Positions 21,153 to 23,086 of a stretch of 23,086 nt of DNA are shown piece after piece. A program made the translations under genes and the position numbers. The notes under the pieces are model-generated. The model searched no databases. It was given only the letters and a program-made list of their open reading frames with translations, and was not told the DNA's origin. The DNA lies in contig JANKJI020000002.1 of NCBI GenBank assembly GCA_024626585.2, forward strand, positions 185,513,486 to 185,536,571, given 5' to 3'. The stretch's first letter is position 1; each line of letters opens with the position of its first letter. This DNA is from Ginkgo biloba (Eukaryota > Plantae > Ginkgophyta).

Positions 21153-22429
21153 TCACTCATGAACTTGTATGCTTTTCAATTGATAATAATGTGTTTTGGA
21201 TGGCTCCATCCCATCACATTAACCTCACTGTCCCTCATTTGACCTTTTGAAGGTCATCTAATAATCATAAATAATCTAACATTAATTGAAGCCAGTATAC
21301 AATTTGGGTGCTGATCTCAATGGTGGTGTCATCTCTTTCATGTCCCTTCTGTTTTGAGGAACATATTCCTAAATACGTCCAGATAGAATTACATTGGGTA
21401 CATTCCCAGCTTTCAAGCGACTATCATGAAATACATGCCAAGCAGAAGTATGACAACAAACATAGTAAATGACAATCAACGTTGTAAACAAGATAAAGGT
21501 CACTGAAAATAGTGGCATATAGCAAAGCAGTCTATGCCAAAATCTAGTACAGAACAGTGGTACATAACATATGCAGTAGTAGCAGTACGTCTCTATATCA
21601 TTATGAAACATCATTTCCTTACAAATCGAGTACGCCTCATCTACATATATCAGAGTTTTATAGGATACATGCAGAATCAGGCTATACAAAGTGAGTTTGG
21701 TTTATTGGTTTCATATTGCCGACCGGTGTTCATGATCTAAGATCCCATGGAGTTATTTCACAATAAGTCCTAACTCCATAGGTGGTTGAATCTGATATTT
21801 CAAGCCAACCCTCTATAATCTCTGAGAACTCAAGCTTACATCACTTCCCTTTGTCTCGGTATCGAGCTCTTCCATACTCTTTACAATTTGATATTTAAGG
21901 TATCTACATGCTATGCAACACTTCGTAAGACCCCATGAATAATATTACAACCATTCCACAAGATCCACTACAGCTACGGACTTCAGAAATAGTCAGGATG
22001 ATATGAGTTACATCAAAATTCCAATTCATGTTCCAAACCCAAGTTTCTCTTTAATCAGTTCAGCTTCAAAAGTAAGATTGGTTTTCGGAAGACCAAACTA
22101 AGAGCTATTAGGCACGAACTCATCAGTAAATGTAATTGCCATCATGTGGTTACTAATTTGATCTATGCTTCGTAAGAATTTCTGTTAGGCACTCTATTAC
22201 CAATTGAATATTATTAGGGTCATCCTAAATGTAATCAAATCTGGTTAGGGATGATTTGTTCCAGACAATGTAAATATATTGTTACTGATTCCGACTTTTC
22301 TTCGAACTGTTTTGTAATGGATAGTGTAAGCGAAATAATGATTTTAAGTTTGCTTCGAAGTCATCATGCGTATTCTGTTGGTAAGGGAATGGACCAAGTT
22401 TGACTAAATTGGACAGGATCTTGACAGCA

Positions 22430-22740
22430 ACTCGCTACGCGGTGTAAGGAACTACGGAGTTCCGATATTACCTTAGATTGACGAAAATTACTTGCCCAGA
22501 CTTATCTTGATTTATCGCTGTGCGCAAAGAGGCGCTGGGGAATGTATCGCACAGCCCAATAAGCACCTACAAGCGTAATCGTATAATACTGATTTAATAT
22601 CCAATTCGCAGTGATTTGATTGAGATGTTCTGTTCGCAATGAAATTTGTCCATGTCCGGCTAGGTTGCAAATTTCCTTGAAATGTTCGGTTGCCCGAGCA
22701 CTCTATGGCACTACAGATTGCTACTTTAATTTCGCTAATA
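22430..22740 (-). promoter_or_regulatory. Candidate SEC24 promoter / non-coding first exon
   Basis: Local CpG retention (about 18 CpG in about 310 bp) in an otherwise CpG-poor window. Site II motif TGGGCT on the minus strand (22553-22558). Candidate donor AAG|GTAATA with exon end at 22472. Confidence 0.35.
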
Positions 22741-23086
22741 CAATTTATTTATAAAATATATCTTAGATGATTATATTCTACCTTTAGATATAATATGATA
22801 GTTCATTGTACCAAAACAACATGCCTTGGTTTGCAATAGGTTAGTATCATTAGGATTCTTAACATGGACTAAGGATGGAACCTATCAATTAAATTACAAA
22901 ACTTATTGATATGCACATTTACCTTCCAATAGTAGGACCTATACGTTGTAGGTAGATTCACCTTGTAGAATGCATGATAAACATGGTTAAAAAAATTATA
23001 TGACAAAAGTGTGACTTTAAGGGCCAATGGAAGAGGACTATATGGTATTTTCATGTATGATGCATATTATAAAGTGTTTACCAAGG

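Noticed and set aside
22054-22368. Box C/D snoRNA or hammerhead ribozyme (minus-strand ATGATGA, CTGATGA...GAAA, CTGA; hairpin near 22078-22096)
   Set aside because: No terminal stem, no recognisable rRNA guide and no consistent three-way junction could be built. An Infernal/Rfam scan would settle it.

Overview
Draft-assembly window (13 N-gaps, five exactly 100 N and probably of unknown size) from a large land-plant genome; the repeat content suggests a fern or other non-flowering plant (inference). The only host gene I can support is the 5' part of a minus-strand SEC24A/ERMO2-type COPII coat gene. It has a Pro-rich coding exon (19366-20415), a zinc-finger exon (18271-18409) and a probable CpG-rich promoter/first-exon region near 22.4-22.7 kb. 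The next exon (expected VPGEYF...) is not visible, so 1-18270 looks like one intron of at least 18 kb filled with decayed retroelements. These are: a Ty3/gypsy chromovirus whose gag zinc knuckle abuts mid-RNase H (protease and RT absent), a probable Tat/Ogre-like relic with a nested LTR, two divergently oriented RTE-X-like LINE fragments, two LTR halves flanking a gap, microsatellites and a probable pseudogene fragment. The most novel-looking observation is an extended LINE ORF2 C-terminal tail with two PIP-box-like ITSFF motifs, one PIP-degron-like. I found no evidence for a prokaryotic-type system or CRISPR array.
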